Shown here piece after piece: positions 1 through 11,254 of a stretch of DNA of 64,000 bases (its first letter is position 1; every line of letters begins with the position of its first letter). A model generated the notes under the pieces. The model worked only from the letters and a program-made list of their open reading frames with translations. It searched no databases and was not told where the DNA came from. The stretch is from Escherichia coli (GTDB lineage Bacteria; Pseudomonadota; Gammaproteobacteria; Enterobacterales; Enterobacteriaceae), in assembly GCF_045037415.1 (NCBI RefSeq), contig NZ_CP173438.1. One strand, given 5' to 3'. The translations under genes and the position numbers were made by a program.

Positions 1-695
1 ATTACCGCCGCTTCCAGCGGATCGACATTGCGCGACACAATGCTTTGTAATGCGGTGGTGATATGTGCGGCAACCAGCACTGGATCGATGGCTTTGTGCG
101 GGATCGCACCGTGTCCGCCACAACCACGAACCGTAATATGGAACTGATCCATTGACGCCATCAGCGCCCCAGGCTGGAAGAAAAACTTGCCGACCGGCAA
201 ACCCGGCATGTTGTGCATCCCGAAAATGACATCGCAGGGGAAACGATCAAAAAGCCCCTCTTTAACCATGATCTCACCGCCGTTAATCATCTCTTCCGCT
301 GGCTGGAAGATAAGGCGTAACGTGCCGTTAAAACGGCGGGTTTCGGCAAAATAACGCGCGGCCCCCAGCAGTATGGTGGTATGCCCGTCATGCCCGCAGG
401 CGTGCATTAAACCAGGATGTTTACTGGCCCAGGGCTTGCCACTATTTTCATAAATCGGCAACGCATCCATATCCGCCCGCAGGCCAATACTTTTCTCTCC
501 GTCGCCCACTTTTAACGTGGCTACCACGCCGGTTGTCGCCAGCCCTTGCTCAACCTCATAGCCCCACTGGCGCAGCTTTTCCGCAACCAAAGCACTGGTT
601 TTAAATTCTTGTAATCCCAGCTCCGGGTTTTCGTGGATCTGATGGCGGATCTCGCGAAGTTCTTCCTCAAACCCACGAATATAGTGTTCGATCAT
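1..695 (-). CDS. M20D-family amidohydrolase (hippurate hydrolase/aminoacylase-like), N-terminal ~231 codons; 3' end lies beyond window start
   Basis: Manual reverse-strand translation from ATG at 693-695 gives MIEHYIRGFEEELREIRHQIHENPELGLQEFKTSALVAEKLRQWGYEVEQGLATTGVVATLKVGDGEKSIGL...; metal-binding signature MHACGHDGH encoded at 381..407. Absent from the ORF track because no stop lies inside the window. Confidence 0.7.
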   Translation of the reverse strand, partial: MIEHYIRGFEEELREIRHQIHENPELGLQEFKTSALVAEKLRQWGYEVEQGLATTGVVATLKVGDGEKSIGLRADMDALPIYENSGKPWASKHPGLMHACGHDGHTTILLGAARYFAETRRFNGTLRLIFQPAEEMINGGEIMVKEGLFDRFPCDVIFGMHNMPGLPVGKFFFQPGALMASMDQFHITVRGCGGHGAIPHKAIDPVLVAAHITTALQSIVSRNVDPLEAAV

Positions 696-1024
696 CGGCT
701 ATTCCTTTATTCACTTATAAACAGGCTAATTAACGGATTTTATTGATGGTATAAATACAAATAACCCATCAATATAAAATATTTATACATTTGTTTTATA
801 AGAAGATTTCATAAAGACAATAACAAAAAAGCACGCTTCGGCAAGATAAAACTATCAGCCATAAGAAAAAGCGATTAATAGTGAATAAATAAAATAAGAA
901 GGAGGAAGACAAAGCAAAGGCCGCTCACGATATAGCCAGATAAATGACGGGGATCAATTGGCTTACCCGCGATAAAATGTTACCATTCTGTTGCTTTTAT
1001 GTATAAGAACAGGTAAGCCCTACC

Positions 1025-2425
1025 ATGCCACATTCCTACGATTACGATGCCATAGTAATAGGTTCCGGCCCCGGCGGCGAAGGCGCTGCGATGGGCCTGG
1101 TTAAGCAAGGTGCGCGCGTCGCAGTTATCGAGCGTTATCAAAATGTTGGCGGCGGTTGCACCCACTGGGGCACCATCCCGTCGAAAGCTCTCCGTCACGC
1201 CGTCAGCCGCATTATAGAATTCAATCAAAACCCACTATACAGCGACCATTCCCGACTGCTCCGCTCTTCTTTTGCCGATATCCTTAACCATGCCGATAAC
1301 GTGATTAATCAACAAACGCGCATGCGTCAGGGATTTTACGAACGTAATCACTGTGAAATATTGCAGGGGAACGCTCGCTTTGTTGATGAGCATACGTTGG
1401 CGCTGGATTGCCCGGACGGCAGCGTCGAAACACTAACTGCTGAAAAATTTGTTATTGCCTGCGGTTCTCGTCCATATCATCCAACAGATGTTGATTTCAC
1501 CCATCCACGCATTTATGACAGCGACTCAATTCTTAGCATGCACCACGAACCGCGCCATGTACTTATTTACGGTGCTGGAGTGATCGGCTGTGAATATGCG
1601 TCGATCTTCCGCGGTATGGATGTAAAAGTGGATCTGATCAACACCCGCGATCGCCTGCTGGCATTTCTCGATCAAGAGATGTCAGATTCTCTCTCCTATC
1701 ACTTCTGGAACAGTGGCGTAGTGATTCGTCACAACGAAGAGTACGAGAAGATCGAAGGCTGTGATGACGGTGTGATCATGCATCTGAAGTCGGGTAAAAA
1801 ACTGAAAGCTGACTGTCTGCTCTATGCCAACGGTCGCACCGGTAATACCGATTCGCTGGCGTTACAGAACATTGGGCTGGAAACTGACAGTCGCGGACAG
1901 CTGAAGGTCAACAGCATGTATCAGACCGCACAGCCGCACGTTTACGCGGTGGGCGACGTGATTGGTTATCCGAGCCTGGCGTCGGCAGCCTATGACCAGG
2001 GGCGCATTGCCGCGCAGGCGCTGGTGAAAGGTGAAGCCACCGCACATCTGATTGAAGATATCCCTACCGGCATTTACACCATCCCGGAAATCAGCTCTGT
2101 AGGCAAAACCGAACAGCAGCTGACCGCGATGAAAGTGCCATATGAAGTAGGCCGCGCCCAGTTTAAACATCTGGCACGTGCACAAATCGTCGGCATGAAC
2201 GTGGGCACGCTGAAAATTTTGTTCCATCGGGAAACAAAAGAGATTCTGGGTATTCACTGCTTTGGCGAGCGCGCTGCCGAAATTATTCATATCGGTCAGG
2301 CGATTATGGAACAGAAAGGTGGCGGCAACACTATTGAGTACTTCGTCAACACCACCTTTAACTACCCGACGATGGCGGAAGCCTATCGGGTAGCTGCGCT
2401 AAATGGCTTAAACCGCCTGTTTTAA
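1025..2425 (+). CDS. sthA: soluble pyridine nucleotide transhydrogenase
   Basis: 466-aa [28 protein letters not shown]-binding N-terminus, matches remembered E. coli SthA length and sequence. Confidence 0.95.
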
Positions 2426-3325
2426 CACTTTATCGAAATGGCCATCCATTCTTGCGCGGATGGCCTCTGCCAGCTGCTCATAGCGGCTGCGCAGCGGTGA
2501 GCCAGGACGATAAACCAGGCCAATAGTGCGGCGTGGTTCCGGCTTAATGCACGGCAGATAAACAACCCCATCGCGTTTGCGTTCCGGCGGCACAGCCAGC
2601 GCAGGCAGTAAAGTGATCCCGCTACCTGCCGCCACCATGTTGCGCAGAGTTTCCAGGCTGGTCGCGCGGAAGTGTGTATCTTCATCCGCCCCGGCTTCAA
2701 AACAGAAACCCATTGCCTGATCGCGCAAACAGTGACCATCTTCCAGCATCAGCAGTTTTTCCCCTGCCAGATCGGCCATCGGTACGCATTCGCGGTTCGC
2801 CCACGGGTGGTCTTCATAGATAGCCAGCAACATTGGCTCATCAAACAACGGCACTTCAATGAATGCTTCGCTCTCTTTCACCAGCGCGAGGATCACGCAA
2901 TCGAGTTTGCCGCTGTCCAGTTGCGCCAGTAACTGGTGGGTCTGTGCTTCATGCAGATACATTTCCAGCTTTGGAAAGGTCTGGTGCAGCATCGGGATAA
3001 TATGCGGTAGCAGGTACGGTCCAACCGTGGGAATCAAACCAATATGCAGCGGTCCGGACATCGTCTCGCCCTGCTGGCTTGCCATCTCTTTAAGGACTTT
3101 CACCTCACGCAGCACGGTACGCGCCTGATCCACCAGCAGCATTCCCGCCTGGGTGAATAACACTTTACGGCTGGTCCGCTCCAGCAACATCACGCCCAGC
3201 TCATCTTCCAGCTTACGAATTTGCCCGCTAAGCGTCGGCTGGCTAACGTGGCAGGAATCTGCCGCACGCCGAAAATGGCGGTGTTCAGCCAATGCCACCA
3301 GGTACTCAAGATCACGAATATTCAT
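2408..3325 (-). CDS. oxyR: LysR-family oxidative stress regulator OxyR
   Basis: Track ORF 2408..3355; start trimmed to [40 protein letters not shown] (305 aa); 3' end overlaps sthA 3' end by 18 bp. Confidence 0.95.
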   Translation of the reverse strand: MNIRDLEYLVALAEHRHFRRAADSCHVSQPTLSGQIRKLEDELGVMLLERTSRKVLFTQAGMLLVDQARTVLREVKVLKEMASQQGETMSGPLHIGLIPTVGPYLLPHIIPMLHQTFPKLEMYLHEAQTHQLLAQLDSGKLDCVILALVKESEAFIEVPLFDEPMLLAIYEDHPWANRECVPMADLAGEKLLMLEDGHCLRDQAMGFCFEAGADEDTHFRATSLETLRNMVAAGSGITLLPALAVPPERKRDGVVYLPCIKPEPRRTIGLVYRPGSPLRSRYEQLAEAIRARMDGHFDKVLKQAV

Positions 3326-3339
3326 TATCCATCCTCCAT

Positions 3340-3420
3340 CGCCACGATAGTTCATGGCGATAGGTAGAATAGCAATGAACGATTATCCCTATCAAGCATT
3401 CTGACTGATAATTGCTCACA
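3340..3420. promoter_or_regulatory. oxyR/oxyS divergent promoter region with OxyR operator
   Basis: AT-rich dyad-containing sequence atagcaatgaacgattatccctatcaagcattctgactgataattgctcaca between the oxyR start and the oxyS 5' end; known arrangement in E. coli. Confidence 0.5.
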
Positions 3421-3535
3421 GAAACGGAGCGGCACCTCTTTTAACCCTTGAAGTCACAGCCCGTTTCGAGAGTTTCTCAGCTCGAATAACTAAAGCCAAC
3501 GTGAACTTTTGCGGATCTCCAGGATCCGCTTTTTT
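3421..3535 (+). ncRNA. oxyS: OxyS small regulatory RNA
   Basis: Sequence begins gaaacggagcggcacctcttttaacccttgaagtca and ends with hairpin gcggatctccaggatccgc plus T-tract (3511..3537); divergent from oxyR. Confidence 0.85.
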
Positions 3536-3591
3536 TTGCCATAAAAAAGCCCAGCGATAAGCCAGGCTCAAATTTATACATATAAATGTTC

Positions 3592-4965
3592 TTACCCCAA
3601 CCGCGCCTGCGCAAAAGCAATCGCCTGCGCCACCTGTTGCGGTGAGACACCGCCTTTTGCCGCACGCTTGTCGAGGCACGATTGCAGCGACAGAATCGGA
3701 TAGACATCTTCGCCAATCACCAGGCTGAATTTCTGCAACTCACTGAGTGGCAGATCTTCCAGCGGTTTGCCCTGACGAATGGCTTCCACCACCGCTTCAC
3801 CCACAATATGGTGCGCCTCGCGGAACGGTACGCCTTTCGCCACCAGATAATCCGCCAGTTCAGTAGCGTTGGAGTAACCCTGCTGCGCCGCTTCCTGGCA
3901 ACGCGGACGTTTCACCTGAATGCCGTCCAGCACCAGCGCCGCCATATGCAGGCAGTCCAGCCAGGTATCGAGCGCGTCGAACAGACCTTCTTTGTCTTCC
4001 TGCATATCTTTGTTGTAAGCCAGCGGCAAACCTTTCAGCGTCATCATCATGCCGGTTAACGCCCCCTGCACCCGACCGCATTTACCGCGAATCAGCTCCA
4101 GCGCATCCGGGTTTTTCTTCTGCGGCATTAATGATGAACCGGAAGTCACACGGTCAGAAAGCTCCACAAACCCCGCTTCGCCGGTGTTAAAGAAAATCAG
4201 ATCTTCAGCAAAACGCGACAGATGCACCATGCCGATAGCGGCAGCAGAAAGCAGTTCCAACACATGGTCACGGTCAGAAACGCTGTCGAGACTGTTACGG
4301 GTCGCCGAAGCAAAGCCCAGCCAACCTGCTAACTGTTCACGGTCGATTTCATAGGCCGTTCCTGCCAGTGCGCCACAGCCTAGCGGGCTGACATCCAGAC
4401 GCTTAAGCGCATCCTGCAAACGGCTTTCATCACGCGCCAGCATCTCAACGTAGGCCAGGCACCAGTGCGCGAACGTCACCGGCTGGGCGCGTTGCAGGTG
4501 GGTGTAACCCGGCATCACCGCGTCCTGATTGTTCTGCGCGGTCTCGACCAGAGCGGATTGTAACTGCCGGTTAGCCGTCAGCAACTCGCTAACGGTATCT
4601 TTGCACCACAGTTTCAGGTCAGTTGCTACCTGATCATTACGGCTACGCCCGGTATGCAATTTTTTGCCTAACTGACCCACTTTGTCGATCAGTTTGCCTT
4701 CCACCCAGCTATGGATATCTTCGGCGTCGCTTTCAAGGATTTGTTGTGGCCTGGCGCGAACATCTTCCAGCAGCACGTTCAGCGCCTCTTCCAGTTGCGC
4801 CTGCTCTTCTGCGGTTAACACGCCGACCGTTACCAGGGCTTTGGACCAGGCCACAGAGCCAACAATATCCTGCTCCGCCAGACGGTAATCAAAGCGCAGT
4901 GAGTCGTTGAATTGTTTGAACCGTTGATCTGCTGCCTGGGTAAAACGCCCGCCCCAAAGTGCCAT
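3592..4965 (-). CDS. argH: argininosuccinate lyase
   Basis: 457-aa ORF starting [34 protein letters not shown]; position in argCBH operon. Confidence 0.95.
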   Translation of the reverse strand: MALWGGRFTQAADQRFKQFNDSLRFDYRLAEQDIVGSVAWSKALVTVGVLTAEEQAQLEEALNVLLEDVRARPQQILESDAEDIHSWVEGKLIDKVGQLGKKLHTGRSRNDQVATDLKLWCKDTVSELLTANRQLQSALVETAQNNQDAVMPGYTHLQRAQPVTFAHWCLAYVEMLARDESRLQDALKRLDVSPLGCGALAGTAYEIDREQLAGWLGFASATRNSLDSVSDRDHVLELLSAAAIGMVHLSRFAEDLIFFNTGEAGFVELSDRVTSGSSLMPQKKNPDALELIRGKCGRVQGALTGMMMTLKGLPLAYNKDMQEDKEGLFDALDTWLDCLHMAALVLDGIQVKRPRCQEAAQQGYSNATELADYLVAKGVPFREAHHIVGEAVVEAIRQGKPLEDLPLSELQKFSLVIGEDVYPILSLQSCLDKRAAKGGVSPQQVAQAIAFAQARLG

Positions 4966-5025
4966 AACTCTGTTTCCTTATTTTGAAATTCAATGCCGGA
5001 AAGCTGCGCCTCCGGCCAACAAAAC

Positions 5026-5802
5026 TTAAGCTAAAATCCGCGTCCCCATCGGCATACCGTTAAACAGTGCCGGAAGCTGTTCCGCATGACGCCAGGAGGC
5101 GATATCTACCGGACGGCCCAACGTGCGCGCAGCATCCAGCGCCGCGTTCACTTTCACAATCATGCCGTCAGTAATAATGCCCTGCTCAATCAGTTGTTCT
5201 GCTTTCGCGGCGGTCATTTCGGCAATACGTTGCCCTTTGCCGTCGAGAATGCCGCTGACGTCAGAGAGCAAAATCAGATCCGCGCCCAGCGTTGCCGCCA
5301 GCGCCGTCGCCGCCTGGTCGGCATTGACGTTCATCAGTTGCCCTTCGTCTGTTACGCCAATGGAGCTGACCACCGGCAGATAACCGTTCTCCAGCAAACT
5401 GTTGATAAGCTTAGGCGAACCTGGCTGCGCCAGTCCAACATGGCCTAACTCTTCATCAAGCTGGGTCACTTTGATGCTGTCGCCGTCACCGAGAAACAAA
5501 CCTACGGCCGCAATCTGATGTTTCTTCGCCCATGCCAGCAGGGTTTTATTTGCCGTTCCCGCCAGTGCTCCGGTGATAATGTCTATCTGATCCGCAGGCG
5601 TCACCCGCAGGCCATTTTTCTTTTTCACCGGCAGATTCAGCCCTTTCATCAGCTCATCCACCACACAACCGCCGCCGTGCACAATCACCAGCGGACGCTG
5701 ATGTGACTCGCGATAATTCACCAGTGCGCTAAACAGACGTTCCAGCGCCTCTTCACTATCCAGCAGTACGCCACCCAGTTTGATAATTAATGGATTCATC
5801 AT
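5026..5802 (-). CDS. argB: acetylglutamate kinase
   Basis: Track ORF trimmed to [24 protein letters not shown] (258 aa). Confidence 0.93.
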   Translation of the reverse strand: MMNPLIIKLGGVLLDSEEALERLFSALVNYRESHQRPLVIVHGGGCVVDELMKGLNLPVKKKNGLRVTPADQIDIITGALAGTANKTLLAWAKKHQIAAVGLFLGDGDSIKVTQLDEELGHVGLAQPGSPKLINSLLENGYLPVVSSIGVTDEGQLMNVNADQAATALAATLGADLILLSDVSGILDGKGQRIAEMTAAKAEQLIEQGIITDGMIVKVNAALDAARTLGRPVDIASWRHAEQLPALFNGMPMGTRILA

Positions 5803-5809
5803 TGCACCC

Positions 5810-6814
5810 TTAAATAAGAGACTGCGTTTCCGCATAGCCGAAACGAATATTGGCGCACTGCACCGCTTGTGCCGCCGCGCCTTTCAGTAAGTTGTCTTCG
5901 GTCGCCACAATAATCAGATGCTCGCCCTGAACGGCAAAACCGATATCGCAGAATGGCAGTCCAACGACATTTTTCAGCGCCGGAACGCCTTTGTCATACA
6001 GCCGCACCAGTGGTTTATGGGCATACGCCTGCTGTAACGCTTGCGCCACTTGCACCTGGCTCACACCCGGTTTCAGGCGGCAGGTAATGGTTTCGAGAAT
6101 GCCGCGCGGGAAATTGCCCAGATGCGGGGTGAAGATAACGTCAGCACCGAGGTGTGTGGCGATCTCTGGTTGATGGCGATGGGTAAAGACGCCATACGGT
6201 TGCAGGCTAACTTCACAAAAACTATTTGAAATCGCTGCCTTACGTCCTGCACCGCTCACGCCGCTGGTGGCGTTGATCACCGGCCACTGATTGAGGTCAA
6301 GAAGATCGGCATCAATCAACGGTTTCAGCGCCAGCTGTGCTGCCGTCGGATAACAGCCTGGCACGGCAATCAAGTTCGCTTCTTTTAATTTATTACCGCA
6401 CCACTCCGCCAGACCGTAGGCTGCCTGTTCCAGCAGTTCCGGGTATTGATGGGTAAAGCCGTAATATTTTTCATAGAAGGCGACATCGTTAACACGAAAC
6501 GCGCCGGAAAGGTCGAACACCACACAGCCTGCTTCAAGAAATTGCGGCGCTAAATCGTGGCTGACTTCATGGGCGGTGGCGAGAAACACCACGTCCACCC
6601 CTGGGCTAAACTCGCCGATATCCGACATCGGCTGCAACGGCAGATCAACGATGCCTTTTAGCTGCGGATGCAAATCGGAGATTAACTTTCCCGCATCATT
6701 GCTTTGCGCTGAAACAGTCAAAGCGGTTATGTTCATATGCGGATGGCGATTTACATAGGTCACTAGCTCTGCGCCAGCGTAGCCACTGGCACCCACAATC
6801 AGCGTATTCAACAT
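5810..6814 (-). CDS. argC: N-acetyl-gamma-glutamyl-phosphate reductase
   Basis: 334-aa [21 protein letters not shown]... Confidence 0.95.
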   Translation of the reverse strand: MLNTLIVGASGYAGAELVTYVNRHPHMNITALTVSAQSNDAGKLISDLHPQLKGIVDLPLQPMSDIGEFSPGVDVVFLATAHEVSHDLAPQFLEAGCVVFDLSGAFRVNDVAFYEKYYGFTHQYPELLEQAAYGLAEWCGNKLKEANLIAVPGCYPTAAQLALKPLIDADLLDLNQWPVINATSGVSGAGRKAAISNSFCEVSLQPYGVFTHRHQPEIATHLGADVIFTPHLGNFPRGILETITCRLKPGVSQVQVAQALQQAYAHKPLVRLYDKGVPALKNVVGLPFCDIGFAVQGEHLIIVATEDNLLKGAAAQAVQCANIRFGYAETQSLI

Positions 6815-6904
6815 CGGGGCTATTCACCTTCTTATGTCTGGTTGCCAGGTTAAACGTAAAACATTCACCTTACGGCTGGTGGGTTTTATTACGCTCAACG
6901 TTAG

Positions 6905-6945
6905 TGTATTTTTATTCATAAATACTGCATGAATATTGATACTAT
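6905..6945. promoter_or_regulatory. ARG-box operator region of divergent argE/argCBH promoters
   Basis: tttattcataaatactgcatgaatattgatact contains tandem TGAAT/ATTCA ARG-box-like half sites between the argC and argE starts. Confidence 0.45.
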
Positions 6946-6967
6946 CATGACCAGAGGTGTGTCAACA

Positions 6968-8119
6968 ATGAAAAACAAATTACCGCCATTTATCGAGATT
7001 TACCGTGCTCTGATTGCCACACCTTCAATAAGCGCCACGGAAGAGGCACTCGATCAAAGCAATGCAGATTTAATCACTCTGCTGGCGGACTGGTTTAAGG
7101 ATTTAGGCTTCAATGTGGAAGTGCAGTCTGTGCCAGGAACTCGCAACAAATTTAATATGCTGGCCAGTTGCGGACAGGGGGCTGGCGGTTTGTTGCTGGC
7201 GGGGCATACCGATACGGTGCCATTTGATGACGGACGCTGGACGCGCGATCCATTTACGTTGACGGAGCATGACGGCAAGCTTTACGGCTTAGGCACCGCC
7301 GACATGAAAGGCTTTTTTGCGTTTATCCTTGATGCGCTACGCGATGTCGACGTCACGAAGCTTGCAAAACCGCTCTACATTCTGGCGACTGCCGATGAAG
7401 AAACCAGTATGGCCGGAGCGCGTTATTTTGCCGAAACTACCGCCCTGCGCCCGGATTGCGCCATCATTGGCGAGCCAACGTCGCTGCAACCGGTACGCGC
7501 ACATAAAGGCCACATCTCAAATGCCATTCGAATTATGGGTCAGTCGGGCCACTCCAGCGATCCGTCGCGCGGGGTTAACGCTATCGAACTGATGCACGAC
7601 GCCATCGGCCATATTTTGCAATTGCGCGATAACCTGAAAGAACGCTATCACTATGAAGCGTTTACCGTGCCATACCCCACACTCAACCTCGGGCATATTC
7701 ACGGCGGCGACGCCTCTAACCGTATTTGCGCTTGTTGTGAGTTGCATATGGATATTCGTCCGCTGCCAGGCATGACACTCAATGAACTTAATGGTTTGCT
7801 CAACGATGCATTGGCTCCAGTGAGCGAACGCTGGCCGGGTCGTCTGACGGTCGACGAGCTGCACCCGCCGATCCCTGGCTATGAATGCCCACCGAATCAT
7901 AAACTGGTTGAAGTGGTTGAGAAATTGCTCGGAGCAAAGACCGAAGTGGTGAATTACTGTACCGAAGCGCCGTTTATTCAAACGTTATGCCCGACGCTGG
8001 TTCTGGGGCCTGGCTCAATTAATCAGGCTCATCAGCCTGATGAATATCTGGAGACGAGGTTTATCAAGCCCACCCGCGAACTGATCACCCAGGTGATTCA
8101 CCATTTTTGCTGGCATTAA
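6968..8119 (+). CDS. argE: acetylornithine deacetylase
   Basis: Track ORF 6929..8119 trimmed to [26 protein letters not shown] (383 aa). Confidence 0.93.
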   Translation: MKNKLPPFIEIYRALIATPSISATEEALDQSNADLITLLADWFKDLGFNVEVQSVPGTRNKFNMLASCGQGAGGLLLAGHTDTVPFDDGRWTRDPFTLTEHDGKLYGLGTADMKGFFAFILDALRDVDVTKLAKPLYILATADEETSMAGARYFAETTALRPDCAIIGEPTSLQPVRAHKGHISNAIRIMGQSGHSSDPSRGVNAIELMHDAIGHILQLRDNLKERYHYEAFTVPYPTLNLGHIHGGDASNRICACCELHMDIRPLPGMTLNELNGLLNDALAPVSERWPGRLTVDELHPPIPGYECPPNHKLVEVVEKLLGAKTEVVNYCTEAPFIQTLCPTLVLGPGSINQAHQPDEYLETRFIKPTRELITQVIHHFCWH

Positions 8120-8136
8120 AACGTAGGCCAAACAAT

Positions 8137-8174
8137 GTCGGATGCGATGCTTGCGCATCTTATCCGACCTACAC
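8137..8174. repeat. REP element
   Basis: gtcggatgcgatgcttgcgcatcttatccgacctaca, REP-type palindrome downstream of argE. Confidence 0.7.
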
Positions 8175-8420
8175 CTTTGGTGTTACTCGAGGCGATTTTT
8201 TAACATTCCCATAAGTTACGCTTATTTAAAGCGTCGTGAATTTAATGGCGTAAATTCCTGCTATTTATTCGTTTGCTGAAGCGATTTCGCAGCATTTGAC
8301 GTCACCGCTTTTACGTGGCTTTATAAAAGACGACGAAAAGCAAAGCCCGAGCATATTCGCGCCAATGCGACGTGAAGGATACAGGGCTATCAAACGATAA
8401 GATGGGGTGTCTGGGGTAAT

Positions 8421-11072
8421 ATGAACGAACAATATTCCGCATTGCGTAGTAATGTCAGTATGCTCGGCAAAGTGCTGGGAGAAACCATCAAGGATGCGTT
8501 GGGAGAACACATTCTTGAACGCGTAGAAACTATCCGTAAGTTGTCCAAATCTTCACGCGCTGGCAATGATGCTAACCGCCAGGAGTTGCTCACCACCTTA
8601 CAAAATTTGTCGAACGACGAGCTGCTGCCCGTTGCGCGTGCGTTTAGTCAGTTTCTGAACCTGGCCAACACCGCTGAGCAATACCACAGCATTTCGCCGA
8701 AAGGCGAAGCTGCCAGCAACCCGGAAGTGATCGCCCGCACCCTGCGTAAACTGAAAAACCAGCCGGAACTGAGCGAAGACACCATCAAAAAAGCAGTGGA
8801 ATCGCTGTCGCTGGAACTGGTCCTCACGGCTCACCCAACCGAAATTACCCGTCGTACACTGATCCACAAAATGGTGGAAGTGAACGCCTGTTTAAAACAG
8901 CTCGATAACAAAGATATCGCCGACTACGAACACAACCAGCTGATGCGCCGCCTGCGCCAGTTGATCGCCCAGTCATGGCATACCGATGAAATCCGTAAAC
9001 TGCGCCCAAGCCCGGTAGATGAAGCCAAATGGGGCTTTGCCGTAGTAGAAAACAGCCTGTGGCAAGGCGTACCGAATTACCTGCGCGAACTGAACGAACA
9101 ACTGGAAGAGAACCTCGGCTACAAACTGCCCGTCGAATTTGTTCCGGTACGTTTTACCTCGTGGATGGGCGGTGACCGCGACGGCAATCCGAACGTCACT
9201 GCCGATATCACCCGCCACGTCCTGCTACTCAGCCGCTGGAAAGCCACCGATTTGTTCCTGAAAGATATTCAGGTTCTGGTTTCTGAACTGTCGATGGTTG
9301 AAGCCACCCCTGAACTGCTGGCACTGGTTGGCGAAGAGGGTGCCGCAGAACCGTATCGCTATCTGATGAAAAACCTGCGTTCTCGCCTGATGGCGACACA
9401 GGCATGGCTGGAAGCGCGCCTGAAAGGCGAAGAACTGCCAAAACCAGAAGGTCTGCTGACACAAAACGAAGAACTGTGGGAACCGCTCTACGCTTGCTAC
9501 CAGTCACTTCAGGCGTGTGGCATGGGTATTATCGCCAATGGCGATCTGCTCGACACCCTGCGCCGCGTGAAATGTTTCGGCGTACCGCTGGTGCGTATTG
9601 ATATCCGTCAGGAGAGCACCCGCCATACCGAAGCGCTGGGCGAGCTGACCCGCTACCTCGGTATCGGCGACTACGAGAGCTGGTCAGAAGCCGACAAACA
9701 GGCGTTCCTGATCCGCGAACTGAACTCCAAACGTCCGCTTCTACCGCGCAACTGGCAACCAAGCGCCGAAACGCGCGAAGTGCTCGATACCTGCCAGGTG
9801 ATTGCCGAAGCGCCGCAAGGCTCCATTGCCGCCTACGTGATCTCGATGGCGAAAACGCCGTCCGACGTGCTGGCTGTCCACCTGCTGCTGAAAGAAGCGG
9901 GTATCGGGTTTGCGATGCCGGTTGCTCCGCTGTTTGAAACCCTCGATGACCTGAACAACGCCAACGATGTCATGACCCAGCTGCTGAATATCGACTGGTA
10001 TCGCGGCCTGATTCAGGGCAAACAGATGGTGATGATTGGCTATTCCGACTCAGCAAAAGATGCGGGCGTGATGGCAGCTTCCTGGGCGCAATATCAGGCA
10101 CAGGATGCATTAATCAAAACCTGCGAAAAAGCGGGTATTGAGCTGACGTTGTTCCACGGTCGCGGCGGTTCCATTGGTCGCGGCGGCGCACCTGCCCATG
10201 CGGCGCTGCTGTCACAACCGCCAGGAAGCCTGAAAGGTGGCCTGCGCGTGACCGAACAGGGCGAGATGATCCGCTTTAAATATGGTCTGCCAGAAATCAC
10301 CGTCAGCAGCCTGTCGCTGTACACCGGGGCGATTCTGGAAGCCAACCTGCTGCCACCGCCTGAGCCGAAAGAGAGCTGGCGTCGCATTATGGATGAACTG
10401 TCAGTCATCTCCTGCGATCTCTACCGTGGCTACGTACGTGAAAACAAAGATTTTGTGCCTTACTTCCGCTCCGCTACGCCGGAACAAGAATTGGGTAAAC
10501 TGCCGTTGGGTTCACGTCCGGCGAAACGTCGCCCGACCGGCGGCGTCGAGTCGCTGCGCGCCATTCCGTGGATTTTTGCCTGGACGCAAAACCGCCTGAT
10601 GCTCCCCGCCTGGCTGGGTGCAGGTACGGCGCTGCAAAAAGTGGTCGAAGATGGCAAACAGAGCGAGCTGGAAGCCATGTGCCGCGATTGGCCATTCTTC
10701 TCGACGCGTCTCGGCATGCTGGAGATGGTCTTCGCCAAAGCAGACCTGTGGCTGGCAGAATACTATGACCAACGCCTGGTCGACAAAGCACTGTGGCCGT
10801 TAGGTAAAGAGTTACGCAATCTGCAAGAAGAAGACATCAAAGTGGTGCTGGCGATTGCCAACGATTCTCACCTGATGGCCGATCTGCCGTGGATTGCAGA
10901 GTCTATTCAGCTACGGAATATTTACACCGACCCGCTGAACGTATTGCAGGCCGAGTTGCTGCACCGCTCCCGCCAGGCAGAAAAAGAAGGCCATGAACCG
11001 GATCCTCGCGTCGAGCAGGCGTTAATGGTCACTATTGCCGGGATTGCGGCAGGTATGCGTAATACCGGCTAA
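8421..11072 (+). CDS. ppc: phosphoenolpyruvate carboxylase
   Basis: 883-aa [28 protein letters not shown]..., ends GMRNTG. Confidence 0.97.
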   Translation: MNEQYSALRSNVSMLGKVLGETIKDALGEHILERVETIRKLSKSSRAGNDANRQELLTTLQNLSNDELLPVARAFSQFLNLANTAEQYHSISPKGEAASNPEVIARTLRKLKNQPELSEDTIKKAVESLSLELVLTAHPTEITRRTLIHKMVEVNACLKQLDNKDIADYEHNQLMRRLRQLIAQSWHTDEIRKLRPSPVDEAKWGFAVVENSLWQGVPNYLRELNEQLEENLGYKLPVEFVPVRFTSWMGGDRDGNPNVTADITRHVLLLSRWKATDLFLKDIQVLVSELSMVEATPELLALVGEEGAAEPYRYLMKNLRSRLMATQAWLEARLKGEELPKPEGLLTQNEELWEPLYACYQSLQACGMGIIANGDLLDTLRRVKCFGVPLVRIDIRQESTRHTEALGELTRYLGIGDYESWSEADKQAFLIRELNSKRPLLPRNWQPSAETREVLDTCQVIAEAPQGSIAAYVISMAKTPSDVLAVHLLLKEAGIGFAMPVAPLFETLDDLNNANDVMTQLLNIDWYRGLIQGKQMVMIGYSDSAKDAGVMAASWAQYQAQDALIKTCEKAGIELTLFHGRGGSIGRGGAPAHAALLSQPPGSLKGGLRVTEQGEMIRFKYGLPEITVSSLSLYTGAILEANLLPPPEPKESWRRIMDELSVISCDLYRGYVRENKDFVPYFRSATPEQELGKLPLGSRPAKRRPTGGVESLRAIPWIFAWTQNRLMLPAWLGAGTALQKVVEDGKQSELEAMCRDWPFFSTRLGMLEMVFAKADLWLAEYYDQRLVDKALWPLGKELRNLQEEDIKVVLAIANDSHLMADLPWIAESIQLRNIYTDPLNVLQAELLHRSRQAEKEGHEPDPRVEQALMVTIAGIAAGMRNTG

Positions 11073-11254
11073 TCTTCCTCTCCTGCAAACCCTCGTGCTT
11101 TTGCGCGAGGGTTTTCTGAAATACTGCTGTTCTAACACCCTCGTTTTCAATATATTTCTGTCTGCATTTTATTCAAAATCTGGATATCCCTTCAGATATC
11201 CTTAAGGAATTGTCGTTACATTCGGCGATATTTTTTTCAAGACAGGTTCTTACT

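Noticed and set aside
980-1228. 82-aa minus-strand ORF spanning the sthA start
   Set aside because: Overlaps the sthA N-terminus in antisense; most likely a chance frame.
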